DNA of 58,443 nucleotides from Candidatus Roizmanbacteria bacterium CG_4_10_14_0_2_um_filter_39_13 (GTDB taxonomy: Bacteria; Patescibacteriota; Microgenomatia; UBA1406; GWC2-37-13). The position numbers and the translations under genes are program-made. Shown in pieces: positions 24,878 through 34,390 of the stretch (its first letter is position 1; each line of letters opens with the position of its first letter). The DNA is taken from assembly GCA_002792315.1 (NCBI GenBank), contig PFOB01000019.1:1-58443 (forward strand). Direction: 5' to 3'. The notes below the pieces were generated by a model. That model saw nothing but the letters and a program-made list of their open reading frames with translations. It was not told the DNA's origin and did not search any database.

Positions 24878-25596
24878 TTGACTACAATTTTAAAACGGGC
24901 TTGGGCACATCTTCATTATTTGACTATCGGATCTTTCATGGGTTTGGAACTAAGCACCTTGGTAATGGAACAAATATTCAGACCATTGAACAATTGATTC
25001 AATTGAGTTCAGTTGAGCCAAAACATCTCGTAATTCCTAACCAAACTCATTCAACAAATGTCAAAATAGTTAACGAACATATTCTTGAAAAACGAATTAT
25101 ACGCATTCCCGAAACGGATGCTCTCGTAACTAATCAAAAAAATATTCTTCTGACTGTTGTCACTGCAGATTGTGTTCCGATAATCTACGCAGATATTGAC
25201 CGATCTGTTATTGCCATTTCACATGGCGGCTGGAGTGGAACGCTTCATAATATTTCTCGAAAAGTGATCGATCAAATGATTGAAATTGGCGCACAAAAGG
25301 AACAGATTGTAGCGGTGATTGGTCCGTCAATTGCTGATTGCTGTTATGAGATTTATGGAGCACGATATGACAAATTTAAAGATGAATTTACTGCAAAAAG
25401 TATTACTTCATCAGGGAGTAGGCAGTATCTCAATTTGCTCCACGCTAATCGAGAGCTACTCCTTATGTCCGGAATATCCGAAAAAAATATTGATTATCGC
25501 TTGAATTGTACCCAGTGTGACGATACGCGATTTTGGTCGTTTCATCGAGATCATCGACTCACAGGAGAAATGGTGCATTTCGTCATGCTCACATAA
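24874..25596 (+). CDS. pgeF: YfiH/PgeF/YlmD-family (DUF152, laccase-domain) protein
   Basis: QTHSTNV, TADCVPI, HGGWSG and C..C..RFWSFHRD blocks. 4-nt overlap with murE. Confidence 0.8.
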   Translation: MIDYNFKTGLGTSSLFDYRIFHGFGTKHLGNGTNIQTIEQLIQLSSVEPKHLVIPNQTHSTNVKIVNEHILEKRIIRIPETDALVTNQKNILLTVVTADCVPIIYADIDRSVIAISHGGWSGTLHNISRKVIDQMIEIGAQKEQIVAVIGPSIADCCYEIYGARYDKFKDEFTAKSITSSGSRQYLNLLHANRELLLMSGISEKNIDYRLNCTQCDDTRFWSFHRDHRLTGEMVHFVMLT

Positions 25597-25640
25597 AAGT
25601 TTGACCCGTTTTTTATATTCAAATTAGATATAATGAAGAT

Positions 25641-27071
25641 ATGTTTACACACGCGCAACATATTTTTTTCGTTGGAATCAAGGGTGTTGCTATGGCAAAT
25701 CTTGCCCATATGATGGTTCAAATGGGTAAACAAGTGACAGGCTCAGATGTTGACGCACCGTTTATCACCGATGAAATAATTGAAAATGATTTGATAAAAG
25801 TTATTCACTCATTTGAAAGTGATGATCTTCCAGACGATGTTGATCTTGTTATATACGCTGCTTCTCATGGCGGAAAAAGTAATACACAGGTTGTTGAGGC
25901 AGAGAATCGCAACATACTTGTTCTTCATCAATCTGAACTTCTTGGACAGATGATGAGCATGTTTGACACGTCAATTGCAGTCGCGGGTTGCCATGGTAAA
26001 ACCACAACATCAGCCTTACTTGCGTATTCTCTAAAAAAACTTACTTCAGAAATCAGCTATATGGTGGGAACCCCGTCATTTAATGAGTTTTTGGGAGGAG
26101 AATATAATGGTAGGCAGTATTTTATTGTTGAGGCAGATGAGTATGGAATAGACCCACCAGATAACATAACGCCCAAATTTCACCTTTTGCACCCTGATTA
26201 TGCCATTATCACCAATATTGATCATGACCATCCTGATGTGTATTCCTCGATAGAGGAAACAAAAAAAGCGTTTCAAAAGTTTATGAATCAAGTTTTGCAG
26301 AAAAATATTATCATGCCACAACTTGTTTTATGTGCCGATGATAAAAATATTCGTGAAATTTCGAAGGAATTACAAAAAGATTCTTATATTACATATGGGC
26401 TGTCAAAAAATGCAGATGTACATATTTCGGACATTCAAACCACCGAAAAGGGATCTCAGATTGAAATTTCGAGCAATTTATACGATCTGAAGAAAACAAT
26501 TGTTCATAGTGATCTATTTGGTGAAAAAAATGCGCTAAATACAGCAGCAGTGATAACAATTCTTCTTCATCTTGGGTTTTCGATTAGTAAAATTTCAGAT
26601 GCAGTACAAGGGTTTACGGGAGCAAAACGTCGATTTGAATATATCGGAAAAACAAAAAAGATTACGCTGTATGATGACTATGCGCATCATCCAGAAGAAA
26701 TATTAGCTACGATTCATGCTGCGAAAGCTAGATTTCCTAAGAAAAGAATTATGTTACTTTTCCAGCCACATACTTTTTCTCGAACAGAACAACTAAAAAA
26801 TGAATTTGCACAAGCGCTGTCACAAGCAGATATAGTGGTGCTTCTTCCCATATTTCCATCAGCACGTGAAACTGAAGCAAAATACGAAATCACCTCAGAA
26901 AAGCTTGCAGAGATTGCCAATGCTTCTCATAAAGAAAAAATTATCTCAGTAAAATCAAAGGATGAGGCGTTATTGCAGATAGATAAAAAAAGTGAGAATA
27001 ACGACCTCGTCATCACGATGGGTGCAGGAGATGTATATCGATTGGGAAAAGATATTTTAGAAATTGAATAA
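25641..27071 (+). CDS. murC: UDP-N-acetylmuramate--L-alanine ligase
   Basis: N-terminal FFVGIKGVAMANLA, P-loop GCHGKTTT, DDYAHHPEE and FQPHTFSR. Confidence 0.85.
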   Translation: MFTHAQHIFFVGIKGVAMANLAHMMVQMGKQVTGSDVDAPFITDEIIENDLIKVIHSFESDDLPDDVDLVIYAASHGGKSNTQVVEAENRNILVLHQSELLGQMMSMFDTSIAVAGCHGKTTTSALLAYSLKKLTSEISYMVGTPSFNEFLGGEYNGRQYFIVEADEYGIDPPDNITPKFHLLHPDYAIITNIDHDHPDVYSSIEETKKAFQKFMNQVLQKNIIMPQLVLCADDKNIREISKELQKDSYITYGLSKNADVHISDIQTTEKGSQIEISSNLYDLKKTIVHSDLFGEKNALNTAAVITILLHLGFSISKISDAVQGFTGAKRRFEYIGKTKKITLYDDYAHHPEEILATIHAAKARFPKKRIMLLFQPHTFSRTEQLKNEFAQALSQADIVVLLPIFPSARETEAKYEITSEKLAEIANASHKEKIISVKSKDEALLQIDKKSENNDLVITMGAGDVYRLGKDILEIE

Positions 27072-28029
27072 TCTATCTATGCAAATAAAAAATATAAAAT
27101 ATGATGTTCTTAAGCAAAAAATGGGTGATCGTATTCAAAAAAACAAAAATCTTGCTCCCTTTTTTACATTAAAAATGCATACGGTAGCTGAATACTACTT
27201 TGAACCAACAAATATTCAAGACTGGAAAGAAATTATGAGCATTGTATTTGAATACGACATACCCTATTTGATCATTGGGGGCGGATCAAACATAGCAGTG
27301 TTTCAGGAACGAATTTCAGGAATTGTTCTTCGAAATAGATTCATTAGTAAAAGTATAGAAGATGAGACTCATGATTATGTTGATTTTAAAATCAGTTCAG
27401 GATATCCGATGAGCATGTTGGTTAAAGAGACCGTTGATTTGGGATTTTCAGGATTTGAGTATCATTATGGTTTGCCTGGGACACTTGGTGGAGCTATATA
27501 TATGAATTCTAAATGGACACGACCACTTTCATATGTAAGCGACAGCTTAATGATTGCAACTATTATGGATCTTGAAGGGGTGGTTCGACAAGAATCTCGT
27601 GATTATTTTGAGTTTGCCTACGATTACAGCAAGCTCCAAAACACAGGTGAAATATTTCTTGAAGGCATTTTTCGACTGATGAAACATGACGTTGCCGAAT
27701 TACAAAAACGCTCAGAAGAAGCTATGTGTTATCGAAAAAATACACAGCCTTTCGGCGTTGCAACTGGTGGCTGTTTTTTCCAAAATATTTCAAAAAAAGA
27801 GCAGGAAAAACATTCTCTTCCAACGGGATCTGCTGGATATCTTATTGATGCCTCAGGTCTAAAAGGAAAAACAATCGGCGGATTTCAAGTTTCGGAAAAA
27901 CACGCAAACTTTATTATCAACACGGGAAACGGAAAGTCTGAGGAACTCCATGAATTAATTAATGTTGTCAAAACTGAAGTTAAAGATCAATTTGATATTG
28001 ATTTGAAAGAAGAGGTACGTGTAGTATAG
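27064..28029 (+). CDS. murB: UDP-N-acetylenolpyruvoylglucosamine reductase
   Basis: FAD-binding IIGGGSNI, LPGTLGGAIYMN, and the C-terminal SAGYLID/ANFIIN blocks. TTG start overlaps the murC stop; ATG at 27079 is an alternative. Confidence 0.85.
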   Translation: MNNLSMQIKNIKYDVLKQKMGDRIQKNKNLAPFFTLKMHTVAEYYFEPTNIQDWKEIMSIVFEYDIPYLIIGGGSNIAVFQERISGIVLRNRFISKSIEDETHDYVDFKISSGYPMSMLVKETVDLGFSGFEYHYGLPGTLGGAIYMNSKWTRPLSYVSDSLMIATIMDLEGVVRQESRDYFEFAYDYSKLQNTGEIFLEGIFRLMKHDVAELQKRSEEAMCYRKNTQPFGVATGGCFFQNISKKEQEKHSLPTGSAGYLIDASGLKGKTIGGFQVSEKHANFIINTGNGKSEELHELINVVKTEVKDQFDIDLKEEVRVV

Positions 28030-28049
28030 ATTGAATACAAAAAAACAAA

Positions 28050-29372
28050 ATGGAAGATGCATATATCATAACGGGTGGTAAAAAATTAATCGGCGAAGTA
28101 ATGTTATCTGGTGCAAAAAATATTGCTCTCAAAGTTATTATTGCCGCACTAATGTTTGAGTCAGAAGTTACTCTAACTAATATTCCGCGCATACAGGATA
28201 TTCATGAGCTGATTCATCTCCTTGAACTTCTTGGTGTGAAGATTGATTTCACCGGGAATACCGTTATCATAAATCCAAAAAATATTTCTTCAAACAAAGT
28301 TGATCTTTTGCATGCGTCAAAAATTCGAGTATCATTTCTTTTGTTTGCACCGCTCCTTCATACTTTTGGAGCAGCGATAATTCCCAATCCAGGTGGTTGC
28401 CGACTCGGCGCACGATCAATTGACCGAGTGATCGATGGATTGAGGGCGCTGGGAGTGCATGTTGAATATGACTCTCAGACGGGATACTACAATGCTTTGA
28501 TGAAGGAGGCTCCCTCAGGTGAATATCGATTTGAAAAACCATCACATACGGGCACAGAGCTTATGATCATGATGTCGGTATTTGGTGCGGGTCTCATTAC
28601 GCTTAAAAATGTCGCTCAAGAACCCGAAATTGATGATTTAATCAGCATGCTCAACGAAAGCGGTGCGCGGATAAAACGTGTTGGTGTTGATATTGAGGTT
28701 GAAGGAGTTGAAAAATTAGTTCAACATAAGCCATTTCATATTTCTGCAGATCGAGTAGAGGCTGCAACGTATGCTGTTGCTGGAATTGCATCAGGTGGAA
28801 GTGTTACTATTTCATCAATTCAAGAACACTTCATCAAATCATTTAATGACGCGATCATTCGTGTTGGTGCAAAAGTTGAAAATCTGGGACATGGGACATG
28901 GAGATATATTGTCACGACACCGATGCAAGCTATAGATATTGAAACGGCGCCATATCCGGGATTTCTTACTGACTGGCAACCACTTTTTGCGGTTCTGATG
29001 ACGCAGACTGATGGCAAATCGGCGATTCATGAGAGAATATTTGAAAACAGATTTAGTTATGTCGATGAGCTACGGAGATTGGGTGCAAAAATTGAATACA
29101 TTGAAAAAAACGTTGCAAATCCAAAAGAGCACTATCATTTCAACTATGATACAAAAAAACAATACGCGCAAACAATTGAAATATCAGGGCCACAAAAACT
29201 TCATGGAGGCGTTCTAACTGTTTCAGACCTCCGTGCGGGAGCAACACTTGTGATTGCCGCATTGATTGCAGAGAACGAATCTTATGTCAAAGGAGTGAGC
29301 CACATAAGTCGTGGGTATGAGAATTTTATTGAAAAGATACAGGGTTTAGGTGGAGAGATACGAGAGATCTGA
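28050..29372 (+). CDS. murA: UDP-N-acetylglucosamine 1-carboxyvinyltransferase
   Basis: SGAKNIALK and the catalytic loop NPGGCRLGARSIDRV, with the active-site Cys present. Confidence 0.9.
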   Translation: MEDAYIITGGKKLIGEVMLSGAKNIALKVIIAALMFESEVTLTNIPRIQDIHELIHLLELLGVKIDFTGNTVIINPKNISSNKVDLLHASKIRVSFLLFAPLLHTFGAAIIPNPGGCRLGARSIDRVIDGLRALGVHVEYDSQTGYYNALMKEAPSGEYRFEKPSHTGTELMIMMSVFGAGLITLKNVAQEPEIDDLISMLNESGARIKRVGVDIEVEGVEKLVQHKPFHISADRVEAATYAVAGIASGGSVTISSIQEHFIKSFNDAIIRVGAKVENLGHGTWRYIVTTPMQAIDIETAPYPGFLTDWQPLFAVLMTQTDGKSAIHERIFENRFSYVDELRRLGAKIEYIEKNVANPKEHYHFNYDTKKQYAQTIEISGPQKLHGGVLTVSDLRAGATLVIAALIAENESYVKGVSHISRGYENFIEKIQGLGGEIREI

Positions 29373-29397
29373 GTTAAATGTTATAAGCATTCCGGAC

Positions 29398-30618
29398 TTA
29401 TTTTATTATTTCACCCTCGCCAATAGTGCCTTTTATTACTTTGTTAGGAAATATTTTTGCATCGCGCCCGATAGTTGTTCCTGGCATTACGGAGCAATTT
29501 ACTCCTAAGAATGCTCCTTTAGCAACGATAGCTCCCAGTTTTTTTCTTCCTGAATCAATCTCTTCTTCCAGAAGATTTATTTTGATATTCTTATTATCCA
29601 AACGCCAATTTGCAAATGTGGTGCCCCAGCTTGGATTGACATCGCTTTCTAATACTGAGTCACCGACAAAATTATGATGAAGCATGCAGTTGGGGCCGAT
29701 ATAACTTCGTGCAACCTCAGAGCCAAATCCGACAATCGAACCCGCTTCAATTGATGATTGACGAACCAGTGCGTGATTGCCAATTTTTGCGCCCTTTCCA
29801 ATATATGCAGGGCCTTTAATCACCGCATAGGCATCGATATGTGCATCTTCATCAACAAAAACATTTCCCTCTAATACCGCATGAGGTGATATGTATGCGG
29901 TACGCGCACGATGATTTGAGTCTTTTGTATCAAGAAGCATCTGCGTCATATCAAGGACATGATGAGCGTATTTCAGTTTTTGCCAGCGACCAGGGTACTT
30001 CAACACATCTACATGGCGTTGTTTCATAAGATTACTCAGGGCAATTTCATATTGTTGATCTGAGGTGGGAGTTTTTTTGAGAATTGTTAGAAAGTCCTGA
30101 GGCTCAGAAAAGTAGTGGAATACGAGATTCAATAAATCACTTGGCTGTTTCCCAATTCCTGGTTTTTCAAGAATATCAACAGCTCTTGTACCTTCCATTT
30201 TGATAAATCCACCGGGAAAATATTTATCCACTTTTAAACCAGTTATATACGAGTATGAATCATTGGTTTGTCTCATCATTGATTTGAAAAAAATAGGTTC
30301 AATCATGTCTGCTGCATTCATAACAACAATGGGCTGATTCCCAATATCGCCTTCAGACTGTAGGAGGGCATCTCCCATACCGGTTGGTTTTACTTTTCGC
30401 GTACGTAGGGTGATGTTAAATGGTTGATATGATGAAAGCCACGTTTCATTCTCTGTGTTTGTGATGATTAATGCCTCCTGAAATCCTGAAAACTCAGCCA
30501 TTTCAATCACGTGTTGAAGCATGGGTTTTCCAAAGATGGGAATAAGAGTTTTGTTAATGGAAAGGGGTGCAAAGGATTTACCAATCCCTCCGGCTAAAAT
30601 CACGACAAGTGGCTTCAT
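29398..30618 (-). CDS. sugar-1-phosphate nucleotidyltransferase with C-terminal left-handed beta-helix (GlmU-like)
   Basis: N-terminal VILAGGIGKSFAPLS NTP-transferase motif. The C-terminal third is made of hexapeptide repeats. Confidence 0.7.
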   Translation of the reverse strand: MKPLVVILAGGIGKSFAPLSINKTLIPIFGKPMLQHVIEMAEFSGFQEALIITNTENETWLSSYQPFNITLRTRKVKPTGMGDALLQSEGDIGNQPIVVMNAADMIEPIFFKSMMRQTNDSYSYITGLKVDKYFPGGFIKMEGTRAVDILEKPGIGKQPSDLLNLVFHYFSEPQDFLTILKKTPTSDQQYEIALSNLMKQRHVDVLKYPGRWQKLKYAHHVLDMTQMLLDTKDSNHRARTAYISPHAVLEGNVFVDEDAHIDAYAVIKGPAYIGKGAKIGNHALVRQSSIEAGSIVGFGSEVARSYIGPNCMLHHNFVGDSVLESDVNPSWGTTFANWRLDNKNIKINLLEEEIDSGRKKLGAIVAKGAFLGVNCSVMPGTTIGRDAKIFPNKVIKGTIGEGEIIK

Positions 30619-30660
30619 AATTGTTACAAATAACTAACAATAGCGATAGATTTACTCTCA

Positions 30661-30678
30661 TTATACAGGTTATACAGG
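30661..30678. repeat. tandem direct 9-mer TTATACAGG x2 in a divergent promoter region
   Basis: Read directly: ttatacagg ttatacagg at 30661-30678, between the GlmU-like gene (minus) and yvcK (plus). Confidence 0.6.
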
Positions 30679-30768
30679 AATAGAGTAACAAGTACTTTCA
30701 TTTTTAAGCACATTCCAGTACAATCCTTAAACTCAAGTGGTGTACAATAGTATTACTCGAATATTTTT

Positions 30769-31743
30769 ATGAAAAAAATAACAGTAATCGGTGGTGGAAC
30801 TGGTACCTTTGTCGTTCTCTCCGGATTAAAAAAACATAATTTTGACCTTGCTGCAATCGTTACCATGATGGACTCAGGGGGATCTACCGGTAGGCTTCGT
30901 GATCAACTTGGTGTTCTTCCTCCGGGAGATCTTCGCCAGTGCTTAGTTGCCCTATCTGATGCACCAGAACTGTGGAGAAAACTATTTTTATATCGCTTTG
31001 AAAAAGGTGATCTTGCCGGACATAATTTCGGTAATATTTTTCTGTCGGCTCTTGAAAAAGTGTGTGACGACTATGATACGGTGATTGATACGGTCAGCTA
31101 TGTGTTGAAAACAAAAGGATTAGTACTTCCCGTGACTTACGAAAAAACTCATTTATGTGTAGAATATGAAAACGGAACGGTCATAAAAGGTGAAGGTAAT
31201 ATTGATGAGGACAATCCAGAACGATCTCGAATAGTAAATGCATATCTCGAACCGAAAGTAGAAGTGAATAAAAAGGCAGTTAATAGAATTCTTGATTCAG
31301 ACTATATTATTATTGGTCCGGGAGATCTTTATACAAGTATCATTCCCGTTCTTCTGGTGAATGACATAAAAAAACATATTCTAAACTCAAAAGCAAAAAT
31401 TATTTATAATCTTAATTTAATGACGAAAGCAGGTCAAACAAGTGATTATAAAGCGCTTGATTTTATCGAAGATCTAAAAAAATATACCGGTCGTGCTCCT
31501 GATTATGTGGTAGCTCATGAGGGTGCGATACCTGAGGATATTCTGAAGTGGTATCAATCGTATGATGAGATGCCGGTACAGAACAATCTCCATGAAAATG
31601 GATTTAAAGGAGCTATACTGAAAGAAGATATTATCAATCGGTCTCATATTGAAAAAAACTCATCAGATTCACTTACGCGAAGTATACTTCGCCATGATAC
31701 TGACAAGCTTACCCCGTTATTAGTACAAATAATGAATCAATGA
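30769..31743 (+). CDS. yvcK: YvcK/CofD-family protein (UPF0052, gluconeogenesis factor-like)
   Basis: VIGGGTGTFVVLSGLK, AIVTMMDSGGSTGRLRD and PPGDLRQCLVAL. Confidence 0.8.
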   Translation: MKKITVIGGGTGTFVVLSGLKKHNFDLAAIVTMMDSGGSTGRLRDQLGVLPPGDLRQCLVALSDAPELWRKLFLYRFEKGDLAGHNFGNIFLSALEKVCDDYDTVIDTVSYVLKTKGLVLPVTYEKTHLCVEYENGTVIKGEGNIDEDNPERSRIVNAYLEPKVEVNKKAVNRILDSDYIIIGPGDLYTSIIPVLLVNDIKKHILNSKAKIIYNLNLMTKAGQTSDYKALDFIEDLKKYTGRAPDYVVAHEGAIPEDILKWYQSYDEMPVQNNLHENGFKGAILKEDIINRSHIEKNSSDSLTRSILRHDTDKLTPLLVQIMNQ

Positions 31744-32102
31744 TCAAACGACATGCAAATGCAATTGGGCACGCAGTTGATGGAATGCTTTGGGCTTTCA
31801 GAACACAGCCAAACTATAAAACTCATTTTTCTTTGATTTTAATTTCAATAGTGGTTGCATGGTTTCTTGAAATATCTTATGCAGAATGGATGGCAATACT
31901 GATTACCGCATTAATGGGAATCATCATCGAAACGGTGAATACTGCCATTGAAAAGATGGGGGATGCAATCGATACCAATTTTAATGAGAACATCAAAATT
32001 TCGAAAGATGTTTCAGCATCAGCAATGCTTTTATATTCAATTGGAGCATTGGCTGTAGCGAGTATTATTTTTGTTCCAAAGTTGATGGATCTTTTTTTCT
32101 AA
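31740..32102 (+). CDS. dgkA: diacylglycerol/undecaprenol kinase (DgkA family)
   Basis: 120 aa with 3 TM. FRTQPNYKTH and IIETVNTAIE blocks. 4-nt overlap with yvcK. Confidence 0.8.
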   Translation: MIKRHANAIGHAVDGMLWAFRTQPNYKTHFSLILISIVVAWFLEISYAEWMAILITALMGIIIETVNTAIEKMGDAIDTNFNENIKISKDVSASAMLLYSIGALAVASIIFVPKLMDLFF

Positions 32103-32111
32103 GAACATTTT

Positions 32112-33149
32112 ATGGCGCTTTATTTTTACATCACTCTTATTTCACTGATCATTCATTTCGTATTGATCGTGCCATTTATCAATTTTCTCTATAAAAAGAA
32201 ATTTCAACGAGCAGATCAAAAGACGCTTGATGCCTTCAATAAACCCACTCCTATATACGATTCTTTTCACAAACACAAATCAGGAATCCCGGTCGGTGGA
32301 GGAATATTGGTATTGCTCGTTTCATCATTTCTCACGCTATTTTTTGTCGGTGGGTTTAAATTTTTTGAGATTCATACCAACACAAATTATCCATCAATTA
32401 TTTTAGAGCTCGTCATTATTCTTTTTAGCTTTTTAAGCTACGGACTTTTGGGCGTATTTGATGATCTTAATAAGATATTTATCTGGAAAAAGAAGCAATT
32501 TTTTGGACTAAGTCTTCGAATAAAGTTGATTTTTGAAATTATTCTTGCCGTTATAATATCTTCAGCTTTGTATTTTGGTCTTCAAATAAGTATTGTTCAT
32601 ATCCCGTTTTTTGGTGTATTTGATCTTTCATATTTTTATATTATTTTTGCATCATTTGTAATAGTGGCATTTGCAAATGCTGTAAATATCACTGATGGTT
32701 TGGATGGTCTTGCAAGTGGCGTTCTTCTTATTGCGCTCATTAGTTTTTGGACTGTTGCGCGAAGTATTATTGATGTTCCATTGTCGATATTTATCGCCGT
32801 ATGGATTGGAGGAATGATCGCCTTTTTATATTTTAATATTTACCCTGCAAGAATTTTCCTTGGAGATACTGGCGCACTGTCTTTTGGCGCTGCATTTGCG
32901 GTGATTGGACTTATTCTTGGCAAAGCATTCGCTCTTCCAATTATTGGTGGTATATTTGTTATTGAGATTGTAACTTCGTTAATACAACTCATCAGCAAAA
33001 AGTATATGGGTAAAAAGTTTTTTACGGTAGCTCCATTTCATTTACTTTTGCAGTACAAAGGTTGGGAAGAGCCAAAAATTGTAATGAGGTTTTGGGTGTT
33101 CTCAATCATTTTTGCCCTTTTTGGATTGATGATTGCGTTTTTAAAGTAG
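32112..33149 (+). CDS. mraY: phospho-N-acetylmuramoyl-pentapeptide transferase
   Basis: Polytopic. NITDGLDGLA, the GDTGALSFG block and the C-terminal APFHLLLQ. Confidence 0.9.
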   Translation: MALYFYITLISLIIHFVLIVPFINFLYKKKFQRADQKTLDAFNKPTPIYDSFHKHKSGIPVGGGILVLLVSSFLTLFFVGGFKFFEIHTNTNYPSIILELVIILFSFLSYGLLGVFDDLNKIFIWKKKQFFGLSLRIKLIFEIILAVIISSALYFGLQISIVHIPFFGVFDLSYFYIIFASFVIVAFANAVNITDGLDGLASGVLLIALISFWTVARSIIDVPLSIFIAVWIGGMIAFLYFNIYPARIFLGDTGALSFGAAFAVIGLILGKAFALPIIGGIFVIEIVTSLIQLISKKYMGKKFFTVAPFHLLLQYKGWEEPKIVMRFWVFSIIFALFGLMIAFLK

Positions 33150-33170
33150 GATTTGCTACAATGAATCTAT

Positions 33171-33629
33171 ATGCGAGATGTGAAGTCGATTGTTCTGGTG
33201 ATTGTTATCGTAGTTCTTATTGGCTCGGCAGGAGTTCTAACGTATATGATCTCTAACGGGCAAGACCCGTTGGTGCTTTTCAATACCCGTGCATCAAGTG
33301 AGGACGAATTTGCCGACCCTAATCTTCTTGCAAATGCGGGCGATGCTTCAAATGATCCAATTCCTGACGAGGCCTCTCCTTCGCCAACCATAAGCTTTAC
33401 GAGTACCAGTCCGACCTTAGCTCCTTCAGGTAGTGTAAATCCAACCATGACCCCTCGTGTAACTCCTTCTCCAACACCGATTGAAGAAGCAGAGTTGCCT
33501 GAGACAGGCGGTGGAACGACCATGACACCAACTCCGGTTGAAACGCTTCCTATTTCTGGTCCCTCAGATTTTATTAACCCTGCAATAATAAGTGGGGGAT
33601 TCTTGATACTTCTTGCAATGATACTGTAG
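33171..33629 (+). CDS. small secreted Pro/Ser/Thr-rich protein with LPETG motif and C-terminal hydrophobic tail (candidate sortase substrate)
   Basis: N-terminal TM or signal anchor and a P/S/T-rich middle. LPETG at aa 109-113 (nt 33495-33509), a second LPISG, then IISGGFLILLAMIL at the C-terminus. Confidence 0.55.
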   Translation: MRDVKSIVLVIVIVVLIGSAGVLTYMISNGQDPLVLFNTRASSEDEFADPNLLANAGDASNDPIPDEASPSPTISFTSTSPTLAPSGSVNPTMTPRVTPSPTPIEEAELPETGGGTTMTPTPVETLPISGPSDFINPAIISGGFLILLAMIL

Positions 33630-33650
33630 GGCTAAGTATATTTGATGATT

Positions 33651-34328
33651 TTATATCATGTGCGTAGCTATTTGATGGAATCTACTTGGATCTAGTGAAG
33701 CAGTTCCAACAAGAAGTCCCGCTATTTCTCCCGTTTCGAGATAACCTTTCATATTCGGTAGATCTACACTTGCGCCATAAAGAAACTGAACATGTGACTG
33801 TAACTTCAGATCAGCTTTCATTTTCAGGACATCAGCGACTTCTGCATTGTTTCCTGTTCCAATAGCGTCAGACGGCTCATACGCTATAAGTGTTGCCTCA
33901 GGATAAACATTATCATGAGTTCCTCTCACACAGAGAATCGGTTCAATGAGCGCCTTTTTTGATAAGAGTATTTGCTCTTTTATATCAATATCAGTTTCAT
34001 GAAAATGTTGACGTCGTTCACTATGTCCAATAAGTGCATATTTTGAAATAGACGATAATGCTCTTGCCGTAACCTCTCCGGTATATTTTCCCTCTTCTTT
34101 TGAAGATACTGTCTGTGCTCCAGAAAGCACGTTTGGAAGATCATTCAGTTCTTCATTAATAGTCATCAGGAAAGGATAGGGGGGGCAGATAATAATTTGA
34201 AGTTTTTTATCTTGGAGGTGTTGTAGTAGTTGATTATTTCCTTTTACATCTTTAGTAAATGCTGATGTCCAATTCATGATATCCATCAATGTCATTTGCG
34301 CTTTCCAGTTTGCAATTAAATATTTCAT
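33651..34328 (-). CDS. tpiA: triosephosphate isomerase
   Basis: ANWKAQ, GHSERR and YEPSDAIGTG. Confidence 0.85.
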   Translation of the reverse strand: MKYLIANWKAQMTLMDIMNWTSAFTKDVKGNNQLLQHLQDKKLQIIICPPYPFLMTINEELNDLPNVLSGAQTVSSKEEGKYTGEVTARALSSISKYALIGHSERRQHFHETDIDIKEQILLSKKALIEPILCVRGTHDNVYPEATLIAYEPSDAIGTGNNAEVADVLKMKADLKLQSHVQFLYGASVDLPNMKGYLETGEIAGLLVGTASLDPSRFHQIATHMI

Positions 34329-34390
34329 AAGCAGGTAGTTAAACTCAAAAATTGATTAACAAAGATTCGTTTCTGGTATCATTATACCTT

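Noticed and set aside
33167-33523. 118-aa antisense ORF opposite the LPETG gene
   Set aside because: This is a compositional artefact of the Pro/Ser/Thr-rich, GC-richer sense sequence. The sense ORF has a signal anchor, LPETG and a hydrophobic tail, whereas the antisense has no features.
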